The notes: generated by a model from the sequence alone, not told the origin. 64,000 nt of DNA from an uncultured bacterium (GCA_963822585.1 CAWGIE010000036.1:96001-160000), one strand, 5' to 3'. Shown: positions 20,630-30,009, numbered from the stretch's first letter. Numbers and translations: made by a program.

Positions 20630-21692
20630 CTTATAACACCATGCGGCGAACCGGCGTCATCCTCTTCAATGCCGGGACCGAGGTTACCTTCACCAGTTAT
20701 ACCTACGACGATGCCAATGACAAGCCCGACCATTTAATTTCTCTCTCTAACTGGAAAGCCGAAACCGCCATCTGCATCTCCAGTTTCGATTATACCTACG
20801 ACAACGAGAGCGACGGCTGGAGCTGGTCTATCCCTCGAAAGACCAGGTCTCGGCAACCTACGACGATCTTAATCGCCTGAACACGTTGAGCGGCCCCGGC
20901 AGCGCCCTGATTGCCGACTGCTACTACGACGCCATGCGGAGGACGGAACTGGCGCTTTTCAATGCCGGGACGGAAGTCACGTTTACCAGCTACACTTACG
21001 ACGACGCCAACGACAAGCCCGATCACCTGGTTACGCTTGCCAACTGAAAGGACGGGAACGGATATAGCATGTCCAGTTTAGATTACACCGACGATAACGA
21101 GGGGAACCGCCTCACCAGGAAACCAGGACCAGACTGGACGCCATTCACCGGGGAGTATGGTTACGACTACGACGATATCTACCAGTTGAACGGAGCCGGC
21201 GCCCCGTTTTTCAATTCCACCGGGTTTACCTATGCTAGCATGGGGAAGCGGCTCAAGGTTGAAACATTGGGCATCCAGTCCGAAGTCTATGAGCCCAACG
21301 AGTTGAACCAGTATGACGAGGTGGCTGACGTCGAGTACTCCTACCACGGCAACGGCAATCTCGCCAGTGACGGCGTCCAGACCTACTACTATGACTTCGA
21401 GAACCGCCTGACCAGAGCCTTCCGGAACTCCGACGGGCAGACCTTGGCCGAGTACCGCTACGATCCCTTCGGAAGACGGGCGAAAAAGATCACCGACAAC
21501 GGCGCCACCGTGGTAAACTATCTCTACGACGGCGCGCAGGTGATTGAAGAGCGAAATGGGGATTTTGAACTGGAGAGGAGGTTTGTTTATGGCAGGGGGA
21601 TTGACGAGCCGCTGATTCTGTATGCCGTCAGATCCTCTTGGTCAAAATCAGTCCCTGACGCATGGGGATTAAAAGAGCCATATAACCCATGA
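20630..21692 (+). pseudogene. Degenerate, partly duplicated Rhs fragments (module 7, tip mostly deleted)
   Basis: Two broken copies of MRRTG..NAG.E.TFTSYTYDDANDKPDHL similar to module 6. The core stops at GIDEPL, before the Rhs core end. Confidence 0.8.
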
Positions 21693-22243
21693 AATCAGTC
21701 ACGATATTTGCTGTGTTGAGTATTGTCTTAATGATGGGGTGCAGGAAGAATCGTGATGTCTCAACTCCGGAAAAAGCATTAATTGGACAATGGCGGACGG
21801 CTCACAAGAAATACGAGATAAATTGGTATTTTAATGAGTCAGGTTTTTACACCGCTATATGGCCATGTTCGGATAAGGGTGATTATAAAAAAGAAACTGC
21901 TAAATTTATTGTTTTGACCCAGAATGCCGAAAAAAAAACGATCACCGTGGACTTGCTGAAAAAACCCGAAGCGTTTATTGATAATATTCCCAGCACTTTA
22001 GGGCTAAGATACACTGGAAAATATTCAGAAGATTATTCACATTTAGAGGGATATTTTATAATGATACGCAATCCAGATTTCCAAGGCCGTGTTGATACTT
22101 TTCGCGGATTTACAGAATTTGAATGGGAATATATCGATATGGTCCCAGAACCAGAACTTGAACCCGATTTGGATTATTACCAATCAAATCCTACTCAATA
22201 CCCGACTCCTGATAGCAGGGAATTCCATGCATTATGGGAATAG
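21689..22243 (+). CDS. Lipoprotein, probable orphan immunity protein
   Basis: Lipobox-like LMMGC; ATGA overlap with the Rhs remnant. Confidence 0.65.
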   Translation: MKSVTIFAVLSIVLMMGCRKNRDVSTPEKALIGQWRTAHKKYEINWYFNESGFYTAIWPCSDKGDYKKETAKFIVLTQNAEKKTITVDLLKKPEAFIDNIPSTLGLRYTGKYSEDYSHLEGYFIMIRNPDFQGRVDTFRGFTEFEWEYIDMVPEPELEPDLDYYQSNPTQYPTPDSREFHALWE

Positions 22244-22282
22244 TTGAACGAAACCTAAAATATTGATATGAATGAATTAGGA

Positions 22283-22878
22283 TCACTCATTAAAGGTTGA
22301 TTGTCAAGGGACGCAAAATTCCCGTAATCAAAAACATCTATAAATCTTTTTGATTAACACGCCACCACGATCAAGTCCGATACGATTTCCCACACCTGTT
22401 ATTTCTTAGGGTTTTGATTCCGGAAGATAGTTTTCTTTCAGAACTATTCCGTTCAGTCACCCATCTGGATCCAAGCTCTTCAGGTATTATACTTCCGATA
22501 AGCCCCCGGCATCATTGATGCCCCAGAAAAACTTCAGTGCCGTACCATGTCCAAATCTAATGGACACAAACCTGTGCTCTTAAATCTCATTTCCAACGAT
22601 AGACTTAAGCCAAAACCCTGCCGGCTCATGGTACAGGCGGAATAGTACATCAGTCTTGACTGTGTGGCTCATCAATCGAATTGAGGTTGCGGCAACTCCC
22701 AATCACACCCCTGGTTTTTCACCAACCCTAATTCCGGTTCACTGCCGCAACCCGCTCATTAACCGAACATCTTTTTCACGCCGAAGTCCACCTGGTCCCG
22801 CATGATGTAGCAGCAGGCTTTGGCTATCTTACTGGCCAGTGACTTGGTGGCCACAATCGCGTTCGTCCTGGCCATTTT
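22283..22878 (-). mobile_element. IS110/IS1111-family remnant: transposase C-terminus plus ~470-bp downstream non-coding end
   Basis: 22878..22759 translates KMARTNAIVATKSLASKIAKACCYIMRDQVDFGVKKMFG*, typical of IS110 DEDD transposase C-termini (A.KA.A.KLARAC.Y.L.DQ..F). It is followed by a hairpin-rich non-coding region ending CTTGACAATCAACCTTTAATGAGTG. Confidence 0.75.
22500..22755 (-). ncRNA. Candidate bridge RNA / seekRNA of the IS110 remnant
   Basis: Perfect 10-bp stem 22685-22694/22743-22752 enclosing a two-sided internal loop and a small hairpin. Further stems at 22542-22549/22627-22634, 22508-22522 and 22651-22662. Lies directly downstream of the transposase stop. Boundaries are approximate. 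Confidence 0.55.
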
Positions 22879-23066
22879 ACCCGTCTTTCCTGATCAATGC
22901 TGATTCTTATTAGGAAAAAACATGATTATTTTTGTCCAATAAGCGTCAATACCTATCATTGATTAACTTCCCCTACCGGCAAAAACCCAGGACTTACCAA
23001 TCGTTACCCTGGCCCCTAATTCATCAATATCTCGAAGCTACCAAATATATTGATGATTTAATCAAG

Positions 23067-23123
23067 AAAAAGCCAAGGATTCCACTCTCTCGATTGTCCA
23101 ATCATACGTTAACATCATTGGAG
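23067..23123 (+). repeat. Dispersed ~57-bp conserved element, copy 2
   Basis: AAAAGCCAAGGATTCCACTCTCTCGATTGTCCAATCATACGTTAACATCATTGG. Confidence 0.8.
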
Positions 23124-23214
23124 CGCGGTCATTCCTGGAGAAAGTGTAAAGAAGATAATGACCGTTCACTGTATTGTTCGTTTCAATCCATTATATATGC
23201 GAGGAGATTTTACT

Positions 23215-25092
23215 ATGAGAACCCGAATTTCCGGGCGGCTGATAATCGTTTTCATCGTAGCGGTATTTTATTTTGTCTTTTCAGATTCGGGCTGCGCCCA
23301 AGTGGGGGCCTCGTGGATTGAAGCTACTTCGGCGGCGCAGTGGTGGCCAAGGAGTAGTCACACCTCGGTGGTCTACGACGGCAAGATGTGGGTGATCGGA
23401 GGCGGTTCATATTATCATAATAATGATGTCTGGTACTCGACCGATGGGATAAGCTGGACTATGGCTACTTCGGGGGCTCAATGGTCGGCCAGATGCCATC
23501 ATACCTCGGTGGTTTACGACGACAAGATGTGGGTGATCGGAGGAGATGAAGGTTTTGGTCAGGAAAAGAATGATGTCTGGTATTCAACCGACGGGGAAAA
23601 TTGGACTATGGCCACCTCGGGAGCCCAATGGTCGGCCAGGGACTGTCATACTTCGGTAGTCTACGATGACAAAATGTGGGTAATCGGAGGAGAGGACCTG
23701 TATGGTTTTGCTCAAAGAGACGTCTGGTGCTCGACTGATGGGGCGAGTTGGAATATGTCCACTTCGTGGACCCAGTGGTCCCCAAGGCTCAATCATACCT
23801 CGGTGATCCACGACGGCGAAATGTGGATGATTGGAGGAGAAAACATTACTGGTGTGGAAAAGAATGATGTCTGGCACTCGACCGACGGGGAAAACTGGAT
23901 TAGGGCCACCTCGGGGGCCCAGTGGCTGCCAAGATGCAATCACACCTCAGTGGCGTATGCCGGCGAGATATGGGTGATCGGAGGAGAGGACCCCCTTGGC
24001 AAGAATGACGTCTGGCACTCGACCAATGGGGTGTGCTGGACTATGGCCACCTCGGGGGCCCAGTGGTCGCCAAGAGGCAATCATACCTCGGTCGTTTATA
24101 ACGGCAGGATGTGGGTGATCGGAGGAGATCCCAATTCGAAAGAGGTCTGGTATTCATCCGAACTACCGGTGACACCGATTCCAACGTTGACTCCTACCCC
24201 AACACCTATACCGACTCCCACGTCAATAACGACACCCACCCCATCACCGACCTTGAGTGTTACCCCCACTCCTTCCATACCGATAATTCCGACCCCCACG
24301 CCCTCACTTCCACCGGCGACAACCACACCTACGGTTAGACCCACCTCACTGGCGCCTCCCTGGATATATGACTACACTGGTGACGGCACCTCGGATATCG
24401 CCATCTTCCGGAGTTCATCCGGCCTCTGGGCGGTTCGGGGATTGACGAGGGCTTACTTCGGCAATCCCACCGATAAGGCCGTTCCCGGGGATTACAATGG
24501 GGACGGGACGACCGAGATCGGCATCTTTCGTGAAGCCTCTGGTCTCTGGGCGATTCGATCCGTGACCCGGGTTTACTTCGGCAGCGGAAGCGACCTCCCC
24601 GAATCGGGGGATTATGATGGCGACGGGACCTGGGATATGGGGATATTCCGAGCTGAATCCGGACTCTGGGCGATCCGCAGTGTGACTAGAGTGTACTTCG
24701 GAACGACCGGTGATACGCCGGTTTCCGGTTACTACGGCGAAGCCAGGAAGCAGAATATTGCCATCTTTCGAGGAAGTTCCGGCCTCTGGGCGATCAAGGG
24801 TTTGACCCGGACTTATTTCGGAGGTTTAACAGATGAGCCTATTCCTGGTGATTACACGGGCGAAGGGGTCTGGGATGAAGGGATCTTCCGCGCGCACTCT
24901 GGCCTTTGGGCGATCCGGGGTGTAACCCGGACTTATTTCGGGAGTGTATCGGACGATCCGGTTACAGCCGATTATAATGGAAATGGCTTTGACTCAATTG
25001 GCATCTTCAGAAAAAACACCGGTCTCTGGGCTGTGAGAGGAATAACCAGAGTGTATTATGGGACTTCCGGGGATACGCCGGTAACGCGCTAA
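23215..25092 (+). CDS. Secreted Kelch-like beta-propeller + Pro/Thr linker + FG-GAP/VCBS-like repeat domain
   Basis: GAGGAG SD before ATG 23215; signal peptide; six WSxRxxHTSVVYDGKMWVIGG..NDVW.STDG repeats; PTPTP linker; six DYxGDG..DI.IFR..SGLWAIR..TR.YFG repeats. Confidence 0.85.
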   Translation: MRTRISGRLIIVFIVAVFYFVFSDSGCAQVGASWIEATSAAQWWPRSSHTSVVYDGKMWVIGGGSYYHNNDVWYSTDGISWTMATSGAQWSARCHHTSVVYDDKMWVIGGDEGFGQEKNDVWYSTDGENWTMATSGAQWSARDCHTSVVYDDKMWVIGGEDLYGFAQRDVWCSTDGASWNMSTSWTQWSPRLNHTSVIHDGEMWMIGGENITGVEKNDVWHSTDGENWIRATSGAQWLPRCNHTSVAYAGEIWVIGGEDPLGKNDVWHSTNGVCWTMATSGAQWSPRGNHTSVVYNGRMWVIGGDPNSKEVWYSSELPVTPIPTLTPTPTPIPTPTSITTPTPSPTLSVTPTPSIPIIPTPTPSLPPATTTPTVRPTSLAPPWIYDYTGDGTSDIAIFRSSSGLWAVRGLTRAYFGNPTDKAVPGDYNGDGTTEIGIFREASGLWAIRSVTRVYFGSGSDLPESGDYDGDGTWDMGIFRAESGLWAIRSVTRVYFGTTGDTPVSGYYGEARKQNIAIFRGSSGLWAIKGLTRTYFGGLTDEPIPGDYTGEGVWDEGIFRAHSGLWAIRGVTRTYFGSVSDDPVTADYNGNGFDSIGIFRKNTGLWAVRGITRVYYGTSGDTPVTR

Positions 25093-25712
25093 AATGGAAA
25101 GAGGTCAAGAAAACGGAGAAAACGAGGTGAGAAAACGAGGTCGGACCTATGCAACTAACTGAACAATAAGCGATTAGTCGAAAATACCCCCATCATTTTG
25201 GCCTTAGAAGCTTATTTTTAGCCCTCAAATTGAGCTTCTAAGACTTTTTTTCCTGAAACTTTTCCTCGACTAAACCAATTCAAGCCCAACCTTTTGATAA
25301 TCTCGGACGATGGAGATCAGGTCCCGGCTTGAGTTGGCGACCTCTGGGACGAAAAACCGCGGCCGGCCATCGGCCGGAAGCTCTCGGGCGCCATCTAAAA
25401 AATGCTTCTTAAATCCGGCATCCTCTCACAGAGCCTCCCTACTTAAATTAGGATGGACGGTGTTGCTTTGTTACATAACTTCCAAAAACTTGGCCATTCC
25501 GATTTCGGCCAGCTGGTTCTAATTCCCTTCACTCGCCCCGATTAAAATCGGGGCAATCTCTCCCCCAAAGAAGAGAGGGGCTCATGGGTCGACTATTTCT
25601 ACCGCCGGGAATGGCCCTCTTGCCAATTCAAAATCGACTATCCAGCCCTTAGCCGGAAATTTTGCTCGTCCTGGAACCTTCCTCTTTCTGATCAGTGAAT
25701 TTTTTTTCAAAA

Positions 25713-25769
25713 AAAAGCCAAGGATTTCCCCCTCTCGATTGTCAGATCGTACGTCAGCACCATTGGGAG
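25713..25769 (+). repeat. Dispersed ~57-bp conserved element, copy 3
   Basis: AAAAGCCAAGGATTTCCCCCTCTCGATTGTCAGATCGTACGTCAGCACCATTGGGAG. Confidence 0.85.
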
Positions 25770-25870
25770 TCCGTTATTACTGAAAACAATATGATCTCGT
25801 GCTGCGGTTCTTCTATCTTGCGTTATTGTTCAAAACTAACCCGCATTATGAATAAATCGGGTTAAGACCG

Positions 25871-27406
25871 ATGCGTATCTTATTATCTGTCATCAGCCTT
25901 ATTTTGACCGCACCCATACCGGAAGGCGGGACGGATATCCATTCTCCCACGCCGGCTGCCGTTCCGGTTTTAAAAACCGCACCCGCGCCCGTTGGTTCCG
26001 TGGTGCCGACATCTCCGCCGGCCGTCAGCTCACCCACCCCGGTTCCTCCGGCCGTCAGCACCCCCGTGTCCGCCGCTTCTCCCGGCAGCGTTCAATCGCT
26101 CGGTCCGAAGGAATCTTTCCGCAATGCCTATTCGCTGATCAAAGAGGCCGATCGCCTCCATCATGCCGGAGCGGAGGAAAAAGCGGCAGCTGACTATCGG
26201 GCCGCCCTCGATATTCTCGACCAGCTCTCCGCCGACAACCCGCTCTGGAACCGGATCGCGGTCGCCAAGAAAATGAAGTACTGCGCCGGCCGTCTCTGGG
26301 AACGGCTCCCCGACCAGGTGGGCGACGATGCCACAGGACTGCCCGGGAAAAAGCTGGTGGTCAGCTTCATCGACGTCGGCCAGGGGGAGAGCGCCCTGAT
26401 CGAATGCCCCAATGGCCAGGCGATCCTGATCGACGGGGGGAGCAAGTCCGCCGGGATGGATGTGGTCAGCTACCTGCGGAAAAGGTCGATCCCCAAGATC
26501 GATCTGTTGATCGCCACCCATCCCGATGCCGATCACATGGGAGGACTGGCCACCGTCATCCGCAACAGCATGGTGTGGAAGTTTCTCGATCCGGACATCC
26601 CCAACCCCAGCACCTATTACTCCAAATTGCTCCAGATGGTGAAAGTGATGAAGATCCCCGTGATCCGGGGGAGGAAGGGGGATGAATACCGGTTCGGGGA
26701 GGTGACACTGAAAATCCTCAACCCGCCTGCTTCATTATATGACAACGCCGATAACAATTCGGTGGTGGTGGAACTGCGCTACAGGGAGAACCGGTTTCTC
26801 TTCACGGGGGACGCGGCGGCGGCGGCGGAGATCGGGATGCTGGAGGGAAAGCAGGTATCCCGCTGCCAGGTGCTGAAGGTCGGGCACCACGGGAGCATCT
26901 CCTGCACCTGCATGAAATTGCTCAACCGGGTGAAACCGGAGGTGGCGGCGATCAGCTGCGGCCGGGGCAACCCCTACGATCATCCCGGCAAGGAAGTCCT
27001 GGACCGGCTGAAATCGGTTGGTTGCGACTGGTATCGAACCGATGAACGGGGGGACATCAGGGTCGAGGCCGACGGGAAGAAATACCTGGTGGTCGCGATG
27101 AAAGATGCTCCCGGCGCGGCGGATCCGGCCGGGCAAACGACGCAGATAAAACAGGAGGCGCCGCCGTCCCGGGTGAGCGGCGCGGGGCAATCGGGAGTGA
27201 TATGTAAAGGGGTTGACCTCAATACGGCCCGGAAGGAGCAGCTGACGACGCTGCCCGGGATCGGTCCGGTTAAGGCCCAGTCCATCATCGATTACCGGGA
27301 GCATAACGGTCCTTTTACGTGCGTGGAGGATCTCGACAAGGTCTTCGGGATCGGTCCCAAGACGGTGGCGAAACTGAAGGAGATGGTCAGGACTTCCCCC
27401 CGGTAA
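25871..27406 (+). CDS. Exported ComEC/Rec2-type metallo-beta-lactamase-fold nuclease fused to ComEA HhH DNA-binding domain
   Basis: FIDVGQGES, THPDADHMGG, LFTGD, LKVGHHGS, GNPYDHP, YRTDERG; C-terminal VDLNTA..EQLTTLPGIGPVKAQSIIDYREHNGPF..V.GIGPKT; N-terminal signal and Pro-rich linker. Confidence 0.88.
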   Translation: MRILLSVISLILTAPIPEGGTDIHSPTPAAVPVLKTAPAPVGSVVPTSPPAVSSPTPVPPAVSTPVSAASPGSVQSLGPKESFRNAYSLIKEADRLHHAGAEEKAAADYRAALDILDQLSADNPLWNRIAVAKKMKYCAGRLWERLPDQVGDDATGLPGKKLVVSFIDVGQGESALIECPNGQAILIDGGSKSAGMDVVSYLRKRSIPKIDLLIATHPDADHMGGLATVIRNSMVWKFLDPDIPNPSTYYSKLLQMVKVMKIPVIRGRKGDEYRFGEVTLKILNPPASLYDNADNNSVVVELRYRENRFLFTGDAAAAAEIGMLEGKQVSRCQVLKVGHHGSISCTCMKLLNRVKPEVAAISCGRGNPYDHPGKEVLDRLKSVGCDWYRTDERGDIRVEADGKKYLVVAMKDAPGAADPAGQTTQIKQEAPPSRVSGAGQSGVICKGVDLNTARKEQLTTLPGIGPVKAQSIIDYREHNGPFTCVEDLDKVFGIGPKTVAKLKEMVRTSPR

Positions 27407-27502
27407 ATTCCCGGCCGGAGAGACGGTCACGGTCCCGGGAATGCTGAAAAATCGCTCAATAAACTTGATTCTTCTAAAGTAAATATCCGTTCGGAGAGAA
27501 AA

Positions 27503-28261
27503 ATGAAGAAGGCTATAATAGTAGTTTGTATGAGCACGCTCCTTCTATCCTGTAACAGTAAAGAAGAAACCACTACAAATGAGTCAGAATTAAAGATTGC
27601 GCCGATTTTCGAGGAGTTTATTAACGCACTGGGCAGAAAAGATTTCACAGAGGCATTCCAATTACTCCATCCCAGGATTCAGAACGCTTGGACTTTTCAG
27701 GGATTTTCCCACGAGGTAGGGTTGATCCGTGAGTCTCTTGGAGACAGATGGAATCCCACCATAATTGAATGCGGGGGCGATCCATCAGGAAAATACAGGC
27801 AAGCTTCTTACCACCTGGAAAAGGATTGGAAATCTTTATTCAATATGTATAGCTCAGCCGCGAACGCGGGGAAAGGCTTGAAGATCACAAAACTTGAATT
27901 CACTGCTCTATTAGAAAAAAACGCTCATCTATCACCACAAGTCAAAACTTTGGTGACACGCTTTGTTGAACTTCTCCGACAAGAGCAGTATGAAGAAGCT
28001 AAGTCGTTGTTCCCCGATAAAGTCCAGCCGCAGATACAGACTCATTTACTTAAACTGGCCCGAGCGGTATTGACCACCGGACAACCGGAACAATTTGAAT
28101 TAAAACAGAGGGAATATCGAACCCTCGCCGGGGGAGTTTGGCACGACAATATTCTTATTATTCCACAAAGTGACCAGGCTAATTATCTTGAAATTGGCGC
28201 ATTCAGCGATGGTTCAGAAGCTAAAATTATTTCCTTCAACATCAAGGCAAGAGCGGAATAA
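27503..28261 (+). CDS. Lipoprotein, probable gene cassette 1
   Basis: Lipobox LLSC. GTTCGGA at 27489 precedes the ORF and pairs (one mismatch) with TCCGGAC at the start of the downstream attC. Confidence 0.7.
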   Translation: MKKAIIVVCMSTLLLSCNSKEETTTNESELKIAPIFEEFINALGRKDFTEAFQLLHPRIQNAWTFQGFSHEVGLIRESLGDRWNPTIIECGGDPSGKYRQASYHLEKDWKSLFNMYSSAANAGKGLKITKLEFTALLEKNAHLSPQVKTLVTRFVELLRQEQYEEAKSLFPDKVQPQIQTHLLKLARAVLTTGQPEQFELKQREYRTLAGGVWHDNILIIPQSDQANYLEIGAFSDGSEAKIISFNIKARAE

Positions 28262-28362
28262 AAAACCCTCCACCAAAAAAATCTTGGCTGGTCCATCCAC
28301 GCGCGGGGGGGGCCTCAGAGGCGAAGGTAGGTGTGTGGGGTAAGGGGGGAGAGATCTTCTTT

Positions 28363-28408
28363 TCCCGGGGTAAAACCCCGGGCTGATATGTTATACCCTT
28401 TCAGGGTA
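28363..28408. repeat. REP-like double hairpin
   Basis: CCCGGGGTAAAACCCCGGG followed by TACCCTTTCAGGGTA. Confidence 0.6.
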
Positions 28409-28440
28409 TCAAGCCGAATTTACAAATATTCAATTCCGGT

Positions 28441-28513
28441 TCCGGACAATCAGCACTCCACCCGACTTTTATCCGCCATGCGGCGACAAAAGCGGATGAA
28501 CTCTCCGTAAGCG
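28441..28513 (+). other. Degenerate integron attC site 1
   Basis: TCCGGAC..CACTCCACCCGAC..GCGGATGAACT..GTAAGCG; homologous to attC 29312..29383; both core sites deviate from consensus. Confidence 0.6.
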
Positions 28514-28567
28514 GCGCTGCGCGCCGACCAATTGGCTTCCCTTCAGGAAAGTTGAGATTTCATTAAA

Positions 28568-28625
28568 TAAAACCAAGGATTCCCTCGTCTCGATTGTCAA
28601 AATGTACGTCAACACCCTTGTGATT
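28568..28625 (+). repeat. Dispersed ~57-bp conserved element, copy 4
   Basis: AAAACCAAGGATTCCCTCGTCTCGATTGTCAAAATGTACGTCAACACCCTTG. Confidence 0.8.
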
Positions 28626-28780
28626 CCGTCATTCCTATAATCAATATGTTCTGATGCCGTGGCCATTGCTCAAAACCAACTCGATTGATGAATACATCTG
28701 GCTAAGAAGACAGTCCGCCTATTATAATATTGGCACATTCTCTATTTCGGTAATATTAAACCTTCAACCTAATACCTGTT

Positions 28781-29317
28781 ATGCAAAATAAAAAATCATT
28801 ATTTGTCGTACGTTCTATTGCCCTCATTACCGCAGCCACCGCTATTTATGTTCTTTTCGATCCTATTGTATATAAGGCCGCAGGATTATGGCGGGCGTTT
28901 CTTGGTTTGTTTTTAAGTGATTTCCGAGGGCCAAATTCTTCTTGGTGGCTTTGGTTGCTGGGTAATTTGTTCAATTCTCTTTTTATACTTAAACTCATTT
29001 CAGCTTATGGATTATTTACACTCAAATCTTGGGCAAAAAAATTATCAATTATTGTTCTTTCAGCTGATTTCCTTTTCAGATTTGCATATATGATTCATTT
29101 TTGGGTCTATTATTTCACTCATCCTCGACCAGTTCATATCCCTTATGTTCCGAAAGAAGGTGAATGGCATATTTCAGTTGTTGTCCGCATCAGCATGTGG
29201 CCAACAGAGATAATCATGATGATAAGCCTCATTTCTATAATCATTCTTTTTCAAAAACCAATCAAAAAATTATTCCGCAAAGTTCCTATTTCAAATTCGA
29301 CAGATAACCTTGCATAA
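28781..29317 (+). CDS. Integral membrane protein, gene cassette 2
   Basis: ATG lies inside GTTATGC (28778-28784). Stop TAA lies inside the complementary GCATAAC of the next attC. Four hydrophobic segments. Confidence 0.75.
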   Translation: MQNKKSLFVVRSIALITAATAIYVLFDPIVYKAAGLWRAFLGLFLSDFRGPNSSWWLWLLGNLFNSLFILKLISAYGLFTLKSWAKKLSIIVLSADFLFRFAYMIHFWVYYFTHPRPVHIPYVPKEGEWHISVVVRISMWPTEIIMMISLISIIILFQKPIKKLFRKVPISNSTDNLA

Positions 29318-29383
29318 CCTGTCGCTCCACTCGACTTTCACCCGCCATGTGGCGGGTAAAAGCGAGTGAGCTTCTCGTTCTGG
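29312..29383 (+). other. Integron attC site 2
   Basis: GCATAAC-ctgtc-GCTCCACTCG…CGAGTGAGC-ttctc-GTTCTGG; imperfect palindrome with an extrahelical base. Confidence 0.85.
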
Positions 29384-29556
29384 CAACAAGAGTAAATAGA
29401 TCGAAGTCCTCCAGGAAACATCGGGATTATGGGGAAACCCACGAGGAGAGATCGGGGAAGTATAGTTAAAAACATGGCTAAATCCGGCAAGTCCGTCTGG
29501 CATCCGACAAAGGTATCATCCAATGCCCTGTGAATGGAAGAGGTGGTTTTGTAAAA

Positions 29557-30005
29557 TGGATAAAGATAAAGTCAAGGGCAAGTATCAGAATATAGAAACA
29601 CAGGAATTGATCATCATCGTTCATAACATCAACGATGATTATGAAGATGAAGCGGTTGAGTTGGCTTTGGAAGAGTTAAAGACACGTGGCGTCATTAAAA
29701 TCCCTAAGCCAGTTAAACCAGATGAAGAAGACACAGAGGAGGCAGTATCTCTACCTACCGATCCCGAGCTAATATCCAGAGTAATTCGAATTTATGGTGA
29801 TGAAAGATTAGCTGAACAAGCCTGCTCCAGACTCAGAGCTGAAGATATTGAGTCGTTTATCTGGAAAGACGATTGTGGAAGTGCCCGGCCATGGCTACAA
29901 ATGTATACAGGTGTAAGGCTTGCTGTTAGAGAGGATGATGCAGAAGCAGCTGAAAAGATTCTCGACAGAATTGAAGCGGACAAACCCAAATATCGACAAC
30001 ACTAA
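29557..30005 (+). CDS. DUF2007-like (putative signal-transducing) protein
   Basis: YGDERLAEQACSRLRAEDIESFI..D…GVRLAVREDDAEAAEKIL; start could be 29523 or 29557. Confidence 0.65.
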
Positions 30006-30009
30006 TCCC

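Noticed and set aside
22932..23321. ORF 22932..23321 and ORF 28469..28666 as genes
   Set aside because: Both cross the dispersed 57-bp repeat, overlap better-supported features and have no recognisable motifs.
23320..24160. Regular ~150-bp repeats as a CRISPR array
   Set aside because: They are in-frame Kelch-like coding repeats with codon-level variation; no unique spacers and no cas genes.
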